Positions 19,098 through 27,601 of a DNA stretch of 64,000 nucleotides are shown here, one piece after another (the first letter of the stretch is position 1; the number at the start of each line of letters is the position of its first letter). The position numbers and the translations under genes were made by a program. Origin of the DNA: Planctomycetota bacterium (GTDB lineage: Bacteria > Planctomycetota > B15-G4); the NCBI GenBank assembly GCA_965248575.1, contig CBDFJQ010000002.1, positions 5,024,001 to 5,088,000 of the forward strand. Direction: 5' to 3'. The notes under the pieces are model-generated. The model saw only the letters and a list, made by a program, of their open reading frames with translations. It ran no database searches and was not told the origin of the DNA.

Positions 19098-19885
19098 TGC
19101 TGAAGACCCGCAACCTCATTCGCCGGATACGGAAGGTAGCTCCGTCGCTTCCCCGTTGGCTGTTGATGGGCTGCTTGGCCTTCATGGCGGTCGCCTGCTT
19201 CAGTGTGCAGGTGGGGGAGCTGGGGCGTGGGCCTCGGCATGGCTGGTGGGACGGCCTGGGGGCGGTGCTGCCCCATGAGTCCTTCCCGGCGGACTGCAGC
19301 ACCTGCCACGTGTCCCAGGACTGGTCGAGCTTGCAGCCGGAATTCGCCTACGACCACCTCGCCGAAACCGGGGTGCCTCTTGAGGGGCGACATGCTGAAG
19401 CCCAATGCCTCCGGTGTCACAACGACCGGGCGCCGATCGAGGTGCTCTCCAACATGACCTGCGCCAGCTGTCACGAGGATGTGCACTTCGGACAGCTCGG
19501 TGCCGATTGCACGCGCTGCCACGACGAGAGCAGTTGGCTGCCGTCCGGGCAGCTGCTGAACCACGCCCATTCCCGCTTCCCCTTGGTGGGCATCCACGCT
19601 GCGACGGATTGTCGACGCTGCCACCTTGGCTCCGAGGTGGGCAACTTCACTCCGGTGGACAACGAGTGCGTCAGCTGTCACGCCGATGACCTGGCGCGGG
19701 CCAACAATCCGAACCACATCGCCCTGGGCTGGGTGAACCGCTGCGACAGCTGCCACGTGCCCCTTTCCTGGAACGCTGCGGAGCTGGATCCCGATTTTGC
19801 GGCGGCCACTGGGGCCAACGGCCCGGATTCGCTTGAGGGACAGCTCAGCGCCTTCCTCAAGTCGCTCCCACCCGGTCGTCGATAG
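19097..19885 (+). CDS. Multiheme cytochrome c, 7 CxxCH motifs
   Basis: CSTCH, CLRCH, CASCH, CTRCH, CRRCH, CVSCH, CDSCH; N-terminal hydrophobic segment ending AVAC (possible lipobox); GTG overlaps the porin stop. Confidence 0.92.
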   Translation: MLKTRNLIRRIRKVAPSLPRWLLMGCLAFMAVACFSVQVGELGRGPRHGWWDGLGAVLPHESFPADCSTCHVSQDWSSLQPEFAYDHLAETGVPLEGRHAEAQCLRCHNDRAPIEVLSNMTCASCHEDVHFGQLGADCTRCHDESSWLPSGQLLNHAHSRFPLVGIHAATDCRRCHLGSEVGNFTPVDNECVSCHADDLARANNPNHIALGWVNRCDSCHVPLSWNAAELDPDFAAATGANGPDSLEGQLSAFLKSLPPGRR

Positions 19886-19996
19886 CTGCTCGATCTCGGG
19901 TGGCTGAGAGACCACCGGAGGGCGACGCCTGGCGTCGGCGCGAGAGGCGATAGAGAAGGCAGAGAGCTCGCACGCTCCCCCTCGGGTTCCGACAGC

Positions 19997-22852
19997 ATGA
20001 TGCTTCCACTTCGTTCACGGCAGGCCAGCCCCCGGCGCCCGCGACCAGTTGCTGCCGTGCGTGAACGCTTCGTCGGCTTGCTGGTCTTGTGCCTCGCCGT
20101 GCTGCCTCTGAGCGCAGCCTGTTCCGGCGGAGGTGGCAGCGGCGGTGGTGGGTCGGTGGCGGCCAGCAGTGCAGAGTCGTGCATGACCTGTCACAACGCC
20201 TCGCCCAAGAACGACTACAAGGGACCGGGCCTGCCCAACCCTCATCCCTTTCCTGGTGCGGCCAAGATCAAGTGCAGCACCTGCCACGGCGGCAACCCAA
20301 AGGGCGAGGACCAGGGCCAAAGCCATGTGCCTCCGCCGCCGGAGATCGGCGATGACGACAACCTGCTGGTGGATCGGCACGCCTACTTCAATCGCTTGAC
20401 CCTGACGGGTATCGACAAGTTCCCGGACTACGAGGTCAACGGGCAGATGTACACCGCCCTGGACTACCTGCAGTTCATCAACCCGGGCGACTTGCGCGTG
20501 GTGCAGGACGGCCGCTCGTGCGGCGAGTGCCACAGCCCACACGTGGACGATGTGGGTTCGGGCCTGCTGGCGACCCAGGCGGGCATGTTGTCCGGGGCCC
20601 TCTACGCCGTGGGCCAGGACAATCACGTCAACGCCCAACAAGGGCTCTACCAGGACACGGCTGCCGGTGTGGGCTTCCGAGCGGTCGTTGACCCGAACTA
20701 CATCCCGGATTCCACCAACACGGGTGCCGTCGAGCAGCTGCTCGAGTATCCCGTGTTCAGCCGCAAGGGCGTGCTCGGGCCGGACGACATCCAGGACAAC
20801 GACCTCTATCTCTCGGCCTCCCTCGCCAATCACGTGGATGTGGACGGCCAGGTGGTGAGCAACTCGCCCTTGGCGAACCTCTACCACGAGCAGGTAGCGT
20901 TCACATGTGGTGACTGTCACCTGGGCAGTGCGGGGGCCAACAACCGCACAGGCGACTACCGTTCCTCAGGCTGCACGGCGTGTCATATGCCGTATTCCCT
21001 GGGCGGCCGCTACCTGGGCAGCGACCCCAATGTCAACAAGACTGAACCCCTGGACCCGGACGACATCGATGAACCCGAGCGGCCTCACGTCCGGGAGCAC
21101 CGCATCGTGAGCGTGGCGCGCACCCTTTCCAACGGTGTGCAGCAGCAGGGCATCGACGACTACTCCTGTGCCGGCTGCCACCAGGGAAGCAACCGCACAG
21201 TCATGCAGTACTGGGGTATCCGCCTGGACCAGAACGAGGACGTCCGCCGCGGTGTCCAGTACCCGGCGAATCCGGTGAGCTATGTCGACACGCGCGACGA
21301 CGAGCGGCTCTTCGACCCGGTGCTGGGCAACAAGGAGTTCAATGGCCGGGACAGCCGCCAATACCTCTTGTTCGAGGACTACGACGGAGACGGACGCGAC
21401 GACACACCCGCTGACGTGCACTACGAAGCGGGCATGGGCTGTATCGACTGCCACGGCAGCTACGACCTGCACGGCGGGGATGTGAAGGTGCCGGGGGCCG
21501 AGATCTACAGCCGCATGGAGCACGGCACGGCCATCAGCTGCGACAGCTGCCACGGCACCTCCGAGGCCTACGCTCAGACCAAGAACGGCAAGACCTACGG
21601 CGGGCAGTCCGCGCAGCTGGCGCTGGACTCTGGCGGCCGGGTGCTCAAGCACGTCGAACGCCGGGCGGACGGGAACTACTGGCTCACGAGCCGGCTGACG
21701 GGCGAGGAGCACTACATCCCGCAGGCCATGGACACCGTCGTGGACAACGGCGTCCTGCACCCGGAGGAACCGAACACGCCCATCTACACGCCCATGGCCT
21801 CCTTCGCCATGGGGCGCGCGGACGGTGACCCCGCCACCGGCCTCGGCCCGCTTCAGCAGGGCCTGCCGAACGCGGGCTTCCGGCACGCGGACAGCATGGA
21901 CTGCGCGTCCTGTCACTCGGCCTGGACCAACACTTGTGCGGGTTGCCACCTCGAGGGCGAGTACAACAAGAACAACAACTTCAGCAACATCACGGGCGAG
22001 GAGATCGTGTTCCGCGAGAAGAACGCGGACTTCGTCTATCAGTCGCCCCTGCCCTTCCAGTTGGGCATCGACCCGGACGGCAAGATCACGCAGACCAGCC
22101 CGAACACGAAGATGTTCTTCACCTACTTCGATCGTTTCGGGACCGAGTCCCAGGCCTTCGCTTTCTCCGATCGCAACGCCAAGGGGGCCAACCCGCTGGA
22201 GGCCGCCTTCCCGTCCATGAGCCACAACGCCATGATGGCCCACTCCATCCGCGGACGCGTCGACGACCAGAACGAAGGGCCCCGTTACTGCGTGGCCTGC
22301 CACCTCACGGACGACGGTTTGGCAGACTTCGGCGAGGCCAACTACGACGCCTTCGTGGCCGCCATGGAGACCGGCGACTTCGGCAGCCTGGACTACGACA
22401 TGCTGCAGGAGCACATCGGACAGAACCCGGGCAACACCCTCAACTCGCCCGTGTGGGTGCACATGGCCTCGGGTCTCGGCAGCGGGCTGTTTCTCTTCGA
22501 TGAGAACGGCGCGCCAGTGAATCCCCTGGACATGGATTCGAACCGCGCCGGCACGGACAACAACCAGGCGCCGGGCAGCATCCCGTTCGACCCCAACAGC
22601 GTAGTCTACGACCTGGACCGCATCGTGGACGGCAACGGCGAGGCCCAGGGCTCCAACAATCACGCCCTGATCGACCCTGCGGTGGGCAGCGCCCTGCGCC
22701 AGGGGGCCGACAACCCGTCCATGGCGGGGCCCTTGGGTGGGCCGATCCTGCAGCGTCTCACGAACCGCCAGACGGGCATCGTGCTCGACTCCTGGGTGGA
22801 CGCAGACGGCAAGGCCCAGGGCGGTGCGGTGGGGGTTGCCGACGGGCCCTAG
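19997..22852 (+). CDS. Large multiheme cytochrome c lipoprotein, 11 CxxCH motifs
   Basis: LSAAC lipobox plus Gly/Ser tether; 11 CxxCH; GCTACHM, DVHYEAGMGCIDCH and CASCHSAW..CAGCH resemble ExtM-like cytochromes (from recall); very acidic. Confidence 0.92.
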   Translation: MMLPLRSRQASPRRPRPVAAVRERFVGLLVLCLAVLPLSAACSGGGGSGGGGSVAASSAESCMTCHNASPKNDYKGPGLPNPHPFPGAAKIKCSTCHGGNPKGEDQGQSHVPPPPEIGDDDNLLVDRHAYFNRLTLTGIDKFPDYEVNGQMYTALDYLQFINPGDLRVVQDGRSCGECHSPHVDDVGSGLLATQAGMLSGALYAVGQDNHVNAQQGLYQDTAAGVGFRAVVDPNYIPDSTNTGAVEQLLEYPVFSRKGVLGPDDIQDNDLYLSASLANHVDVDGQVVSNSPLANLYHEQVAFTCGDCHLGSAGANNRTGDYRSSGCTACHMPYSLGGRYLGSDPNVNKTEPLDPDDIDEPERPHVREHRIVSVARTLSNGVQQQGIDDYSCAGCHQGSNRTVMQYWGIRLDQNEDVRRGVQYPANPVSYVDTRDDERLFDPVLGNKEFNGRDSRQYLLFEDYDGDGRDDTPADVHYEAGMGCIDCHGSYDLHGGDVKVPGAEIYSRMEHGTAISCDSCHGTSEAYAQTKNGKTYGGQSAQLALDSGGRVLKHVERRADGNYWLTSRLTGEEHYIPQAMDTVVDNGVLHPEEPNTPIYTPMASFAMGRADGDPATGLGPLQQGLPNAGFRHADSMDCASCHSAWTNTCAGCHLEGEYNKNNNFSNITGEEIVFREKNADFVYQSPLPFQLGIDPDGKITQTSPNTKMFFTYFDRFGTESQAFAFSDRNAKGANPLEAAFPSMSHNAMMAHSIRGRVDDQNEGPRYCVACHLTDDGLADFGEANYDAFVAAMETGDFGSLDYDMLQEHIGQNPGNTLNSPVWVHMASGLGSGLFLFDENGAPVNPLDMDSNRAGTDNNQAPGSIPFDPNSVVYDLDRIVDGNGEAQGSNNHALIDPAVGSALRQGADNPSMAGPLGGPILQRLTNRQTGIVLDSWVDADGKAQGGAVGVADGP

Positions 22853-22859
22853 CACGGGC

Positions 22860-23231
22860 ATGCTCGCGGAGCCCCTGCGGAGTGCTTCGCGCGTGACGTC
22901 ATCTCTCGAGCCTGTCCGCTTCGTCGCCATCTATCGTTGGCGCATCGCGCCCGGCAAGGAGAGTGCATTTCGGGGTGCGTGGGCCCAGATGACGCGCGCC
23001 ATCAGGGAGCAGCGTGGCGGCCTGGGTTCCCGACTCCATCGCACACAGGACGGGGTGTTCGTGGCCTACGCCCAGTGGCCGAGCCGGGAGGCCTGGGAAC
23101 ACTCCCGCGCGCAGGCTTCGTGTGACCCTGCGGCGTCGCAACAGATGGGCGACTGCATCGAGTCCAGCTTGGAGACCACGCTGCTGGATGTGGAGCACGA
23201 CCTGCTGGAGTGCAATGACCAGCGGGCTTGA
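22860..23231 (+). CDS. Antibiotic biosynthesis monooxygenase (ABM) domain protein
   Basis: PGKESAFRGAW...GGLGSRLH...AYAQWPSREAW; about 120 aa; start uncertain (ATG 22860 or a later GTG). Confidence 0.8.
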   Translation: MLAEPLRSASRVTSSLEPVRFVAIYRWRIAPGKESAFRGAWAQMTRAIREQRGGLGSRLHRTQDGVFVAYAQWPSREAWEHSRAQASCDPAASQQMGDCIESSLETTLLDVEHDLLECNDQRA

Positions 23232-23339
23232 GCACCGCCCTCACCTGGTCTCGCACGAGTCTCCGCAGCTCTGATAGAATCCGCAGCTTTGCAGGGAGTC
23301 AGCCCTGTGCACGGGTGATGTGGACCAGTTGGGGGCCGT

Positions 23340-25166
23340 GTGTTGCAACGCAGTGCGGAGCGGGATCGGGCACTTAGAGATAAGGGGCGGATACCGCTCG
23401 TCATTGGCGTGACGGGGCACCGCTGTCTTCCGAAGAACAAGCTCCCCGAGCTGAGAAAGGGAGTCAGGGCAGCTCTGGAGGCGAGGAAGGCCTTGGTCAG
23501 CAAGGACACGCCGCTGGTGCTCATGTCCTCCCTGGCGGCCGGCGCGGACCAGCTGGTGGCCGAGGTTGCCCGGAGCTTGGGCTTCGACATCGTTGCTCCG
23601 CTGCCACTCGAGGTGGAGGACTACGCCCAGGACTTCCCTACTGGCCCTGAGCGTGAGGCTTTCCATCGCGCGGTGAAGCAGTCGGACTGCTTCGTGGTGC
23701 CTGAGGACGAACGGCTTTCCGCAGTCGACGGTGAGTCAGCCAGGGATCTGGCCTATCTGAGGGCGGGCTTGTGGATCGCACGGCACAGTCACGTCCTGCT
23801 GGCGCTCTATGACGGAAAGTCGGCCCAAGGCACCGGGGGGACGGCCGATGTGGTGCGGTCCGTGCTGATGGGCGAGGACTGCAGCGCGGGGCCGCTCCGA
23901 ACCGGGTCAGCCAGCTGGTCAGACCGGGGGGTGGTGGACCACATCCTCGTCGCGCGGTTCGAGGACTGTGCAGAGGCCGCGGACCTGGCCAACGCTGCGA
24001 TGGCTCCGGAGGTCGAGCAGAGCGCGCAGGGCTCCGGGGCGGTGCCCCTTGAGTACCCGGTGGAAACCCGCTTCCCCGACCTGGAAGTGGCGGACGAGGA
24101 CGAGCTGCAGGAGGCCCACGCCGAGAGCCTTCGCCTCCTGGACGGTTTCAACGCCAGGGTCTGCACCGCCCCCGATTCCGTGACGGAAGGAGTGCACACT
24201 GAATGCGTGGGTGCCGTCTCGGCGCAGGGGCTCTCCGGTGTTGACGACCCACTGCGCATTCGCTTTGCCTGGGCCGACCGCCTCGCCATGAGCGCCCAAC
24301 GGGAACGCTGGCACACCCTCCGGATCATCACCGGGTCGAGCTTTCTCGCTGTCACGCTCTACACCGTGTACGACACCTTCATCCCCGAGTATGAAGGCTT
24401 GGCAACGGCAGCCCTCGTAGCCAACGGTGTGCTTCTGGCCGTCGCCCTCGCGTTCTTCGTCCGGGCGCGGCTCCAAGGGGTCGAGCGCGACCACATCGAC
24501 TACCGCGCCTTGGCCGAGGGGTTGCGCGTCCAACTGGCGTGGCGGGATGCCGGGCTGCCGAATGCGGTTGCGGACCACTGTGATTTCCATCAGGTCTCCG
24601 AGATGAGCTGGGTGCGCACATCGCTGCGCATCGCGCACTGGAGGAGCTGCGTGGGGTGCGTGGCCGAGGCTGCGCCGGATCCGGCGCACCTCTGCCATGT
24701 CTGGAGGACGTGGATGAAGTCCCAGGAGATCTGGTTCCGCAGGGCCTTCGCTCGTGAGGGCAAGAAGGTCGCGCGCAACACCATCTGGCTGCGCTGCTTC
24801 TTCGGCGCCGGCGTGCTGCTGTTCGCGTCGGTGATCTGGACGCAGTTCGCCATGACCCCGACGGTCAAGGACAACCGGGCCTTCGCCACCGCGCTGTTGG
24901 GGCTGGGGATGGTGATCACCTTCGCCCTGGCCACGGCGATCGAGCTCTATTCGGACAAGACCGTGCTTACGGAGCAGCATCGCCAGTACTCCTGGGGCTG
25001 GAGCTTGTTCCGCCGCGCGTCCCATGACGTGAAGATGTCCCTGCGCGCCCAGGATCTGGCCCGGGCCCAACAGCAGTGTCTGGAGACGGGGAAGACGGCG
25101 CTCATCGAAAGCAGCCTGTGGCACCTGCACCACCGCTCGCGCCCCATGCCGGCCCCGACCCAATGA
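23340..25166 (+). CDS. SLOG (YspA/LOG-like nucleotide-binding) domain fused to two SLATT-like 2-TM modules
   Basis: IGVTGHR, SSLAAGADQL, LLALYDG...GGTADVV (SLOG); ADRLA..Q-2TM-YRALAEGLR; W..Q.W-2TM-QY...E..W..HR. Confidence 0.8.
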   Translation: MLQRSAERDRALRDKGRIPLVIGVTGHRCLPKNKLPELRKGVRAALEARKALVSKDTPLVLMSSLAAGADQLVAEVARSLGFDIVAPLPLEVEDYAQDFPTGPEREAFHRAVKQSDCFVVPEDERLSAVDGESARDLAYLRAGLWIARHSHVLLALYDGKSAQGTGGTADVVRSVLMGEDCSAGPLRTGSASWSDRGVVDHILVARFEDCAEAADLANAAMAPEVEQSAQGSGAVPLEYPVETRFPDLEVADEDELQEAHAESLRLLDGFNARVCTAPDSVTEGVHTECVGAVSAQGLSGVDDPLRIRFAWADRLAMSAQRERWHTLRIITGSSFLAVTLYTVYDTFIPEYEGLATAALVANGVLLAVALAFFVRARLQGVERDHIDYRALAEGLRVQLAWRDAGLPNAVADHCDFHQVSEMSWVRTSLRIAHWRSCVGCVAEAAPDPAHLCHVWRTWMKSQEIWFRRAFAREGKKVARNTIWLRCFFGAGVLLFASVIWTQFAMTPTVKDNRAFATALLGLGMVITFALATAIELYSDKTVLTEQHRQYSWGWSLFRRASHDVKMSLRAQDLARAQQQCLETGKTALIESSLWHLHHRSRPMPAPTQ

Positions 25167-27574
25167 CAGATGTCTTCATCAGCTACAGCCGCGGCGACCG
25201 CTCGCGCGCCCAAAAACTCGTGCGCATCTTCAAGAGTGAGGGCTGGTCGGTCTGGTGGGACCGCGAGCTGCTCGGCGGGGACGCCTACGACGATGTGATC
25301 GAGCGGGCCCTGGAGGAGGCGCGTTGTGTCGTGGTCGTTTGGTCCGAGCACTCGGTGCGCAGCAACTGGGTGAGGGCGGAGGCGTCCGAAGGACTGTCGC
25401 GCGGCGTGTTGATTCCCGTGCTCGTCGACGAGGTGAAGCTGCCACTGGAGTTCCGGCGCTTGCAGGCGATCTCCTTCGTGAATACGGAGATCTCCGACGA
25501 TCCACGCGCGGGGCTGGTGCAGGCGGTGAAGGCCGCGCTCGTCAAGAGCAAGCCTTCGGAGGACACCCAGAAGCCGGTGAACATGGTCTGTGCCAACTGC
25601 GGCGTCTTGAACGTGGCCCCTGCGAGCATGGCGGGGCGCAAGGGCTCCTGCCGCGAATGCGGGGAGCGCATGACGGTGCCGAGCGTGGAGGCGTCGCCCG
25701 GCGATGCGCCCGGAGCATCGACTGCTGAAGCGAATGGCAAGCGCCTCGGACTATGGGTTTTCGCGGCGGTCGCGGTGCTCGCCCTCGCGGCAGGCCTTTG
25801 GTGGGGGCTGTCCGGGAAGCCGGACGGAGACGAGGTTGTGCTCGACGGCGAGCCAGCAGACGGCTCAGGTGGTCTCGAACAGTTGGTGGGGGAGGAGCCC
25901 GGGCACGAACTGGGCCAGGGCGGCCCGAAGCTCGCGGCCCACGACTTGCTGGCTTCCCTGTGGGAGCAGACTCCCCCGGACCTGGACCGCCTGCTGGATG
26001 AATGCCGTGCGGTCATCACGACGGTGAGTTCTTCGGACACGGTGACTCTCGAGTCCCTGGCGCGCCTGGGCCAAGAGCGCCAGGGCGACGCAGCCTGGCA
26101 GCAAGCCGTGGCGGAGGTGGCGCGCTGGGTCGGTGCACCTCCCGGGGACGCGCAGAAGTTCTCCGAGGGCGTCGCGCAGGCCCATCTCCGCCTGGATGCC
26201 TTTGACGTGGAGAGCGCCCGCAGCACGTGGGCTCACGTGTCGGGTTACCTCGCGAGTGCTCCCGAGTTGGACGAGCTGGATCAGCGCATCCAGGGGACGG
26301 AGCAACAGCTTCGACGCGTCGCAGCGGCGCAGTCAGCCTTGGACGAGGTGACTCACATCGATCAGCTCGCGCCCTTGGTGCAGCAGGCAGAGGCGCTGGC
26401 CTTGGAGCTACCAGCCGCAGCCGCGCACGTCGGCTTGGCAAGGTCGAGCGAGGAGTCGGTCTCCGAATGGGCACAGCGAGCCCGCGCTCGTCAGGGTGAA
26501 TTGGATCTGGAACTTGGACGGGCGCCCGCACTCGGGTCGCTGCCTGAGGCTGTGTCGCTGTTGGTGCGCGCCGGGGAGCTGGTGAGGCTCTTGGCAGCCG
26601 ATCAGCGCAGCGAGCAGACCTCCGCCTTGCTGACGGCGGTGAACGGCCCGTTGAACAAGCTGCTGGACGGTCCGAGCTGGGAGACGTGCCTCGCAGCGCT
26701 GCGCGCACTGGATGCCGGGAGTGAAAAGGAACTGCCACCAGCTCTCAGCGAACGCTCGAGCAGCCTGCGCAAGGCGATGCTCGCTGCGCTGGACGAGCAC
26801 GCGAAGCAAACCCACTCGCGAGCCGAGCTGGCATTGCTGCTCAAGTCTGCAGCCGAACACCTGTCGATTCACCCACCGGGCGAAGACAAGCAGGCGGTCA
26901 AGGCATTGGTGCAGCGGCTCGTTGCTCAACTTCCCAACACGGCTGCCGACGGAGAGGAAGCCATGGCTCTGTGCGCAACGCACGACGCGCAGTGGCCTGT
27001 CCTTCCAGATGAGTGGCTGAGCGAACAGGTGGCTGCCCACATGCGGAGCGCGAGAACCCAGGCCGAGGAGTACGAGCGGCAACTGGAAGCCCTGCGGCTC
27101 ACCGGTTGCTCACAGCTCGAGTCCCTGTTGGAGGACGATGCTGAGTCGACCTTCGGCCAGCTGCTGGAGCTGTCCCCCGAGGGCTCGATCTATCGGACCG
27201 TGGGACTGTTAGGGGAGGCAGACAGCTACTATCTGGCGTATCGGCGCAAGGCCTTCGGGCATGGTTCCATCCGCGGCAAGGGCATCGAGCAGAGCCTGAC
27301 GGAGCTGCGTGCGGCGCGGAGAGCCTATTGGGCGGTCCTCAAGGAAGAGGCTGCCAAGAACTGTGACGGCGTGGCTTCGGAAGCTTTCAGTCTGTACCGC
27401 CTCGCACTCCTGCACGCCGACTACGCGGTGTACTTCGGCGCGGTCAACAACCGCGACGCGCGGGAGAAAGAGCTGAGCGCGAAGGCCCAGTGCGTGTCCA
27501 GCTTGCAGTTGCGCTTCCCCAAGGAGCGCAGCGCATCGGGGAAGTTGCTGGTCCAGCTGGCTCGCGATACCTGA
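25163..27574 (+). CDS. TIR-domain (TIR_2) protein with zinc ribbon, single TM helix and large helical C-terminal domain (803 aa)
   Basis: MTDVFISYSRGD, VWWD, VVVWSEHSVRSNWVRAE (catalytic-position Glu), LIPV; CANC...CREC; TM LWVFAAVAVLALAAGLWW; ATGA overlap with the SLOG gene. Confidence 0.88.
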   Translation: MTDVFISYSRGDRSRAQKLVRIFKSEGWSVWWDRELLGGDAYDDVIERALEEARCVVVVWSEHSVRSNWVRAEASEGLSRGVLIPVLVDEVKLPLEFRRLQAISFVNTEISDDPRAGLVQAVKAALVKSKPSEDTQKPVNMVCANCGVLNVAPASMAGRKGSCRECGERMTVPSVEASPGDAPGASTAEANGKRLGLWVFAAVAVLALAAGLWWGLSGKPDGDEVVLDGEPADGSGGLEQLVGEEPGHELGQGGPKLAAHDLLASLWEQTPPDLDRLLDECRAVITTVSSSDTVTLESLARLGQERQGDAAWQQAVAEVARWVGAPPGDAQKFSEGVAQAHLRLDAFDVESARSTWAHVSGYLASAPELDELDQRIQGTEQQLRRVAAAQSALDEVTHIDQLAPLVQQAEALALELPAAAAHVGLARSSEESVSEWAQRARARQGELDLELGRAPALGSLPEAVSLLVRAGELVRLLAADQRSEQTSALLTAVNGPLNKLLDGPSWETCLAALRALDAGSEKELPPALSERSSSLRKAMLAALDEHAKQTHSRAELALLLKSAAEHLSIHPPGEDKQAVKALVQRLVAQLPNTAADGEEAMALCATHDAQWPVLPDEWLSEQVAAHMRSARTQAEEYERQLEALRLTGCSQLESLLEDDAESTFGQLLELSPEGSIYRTVGLLGEADSYYLAYRRKAFGHGSIRGKGIEQSLTELRAARRAYWAVLKEEAAKNCDGVASEAFSLYRLALLHADYAVYFGAVNNRDAREKELSAKAQCVSSLQLRFPKERSASGKLLVQLARDT

Positions 27575-27601
27575 CCCAGCGGCGCCCGTTGTTTGCGGGT
27601 C

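Noticed and set aside
15115..22852. Assigning mtrA/mtrB/mtrC or extM gene symbols
   Set aside because: Heme counts (23, 7, 11) and spacing differ from decaheme MtrA/MtrC; the ExtM resemblance is unverified
23340..27574. Calling the pair canonical thsA/thsB or CBASS
   Set aside because: No SIR2, Macro or CD-NTase domain is seen and the TIR is membrane-anchored; reported as a candidate variant only
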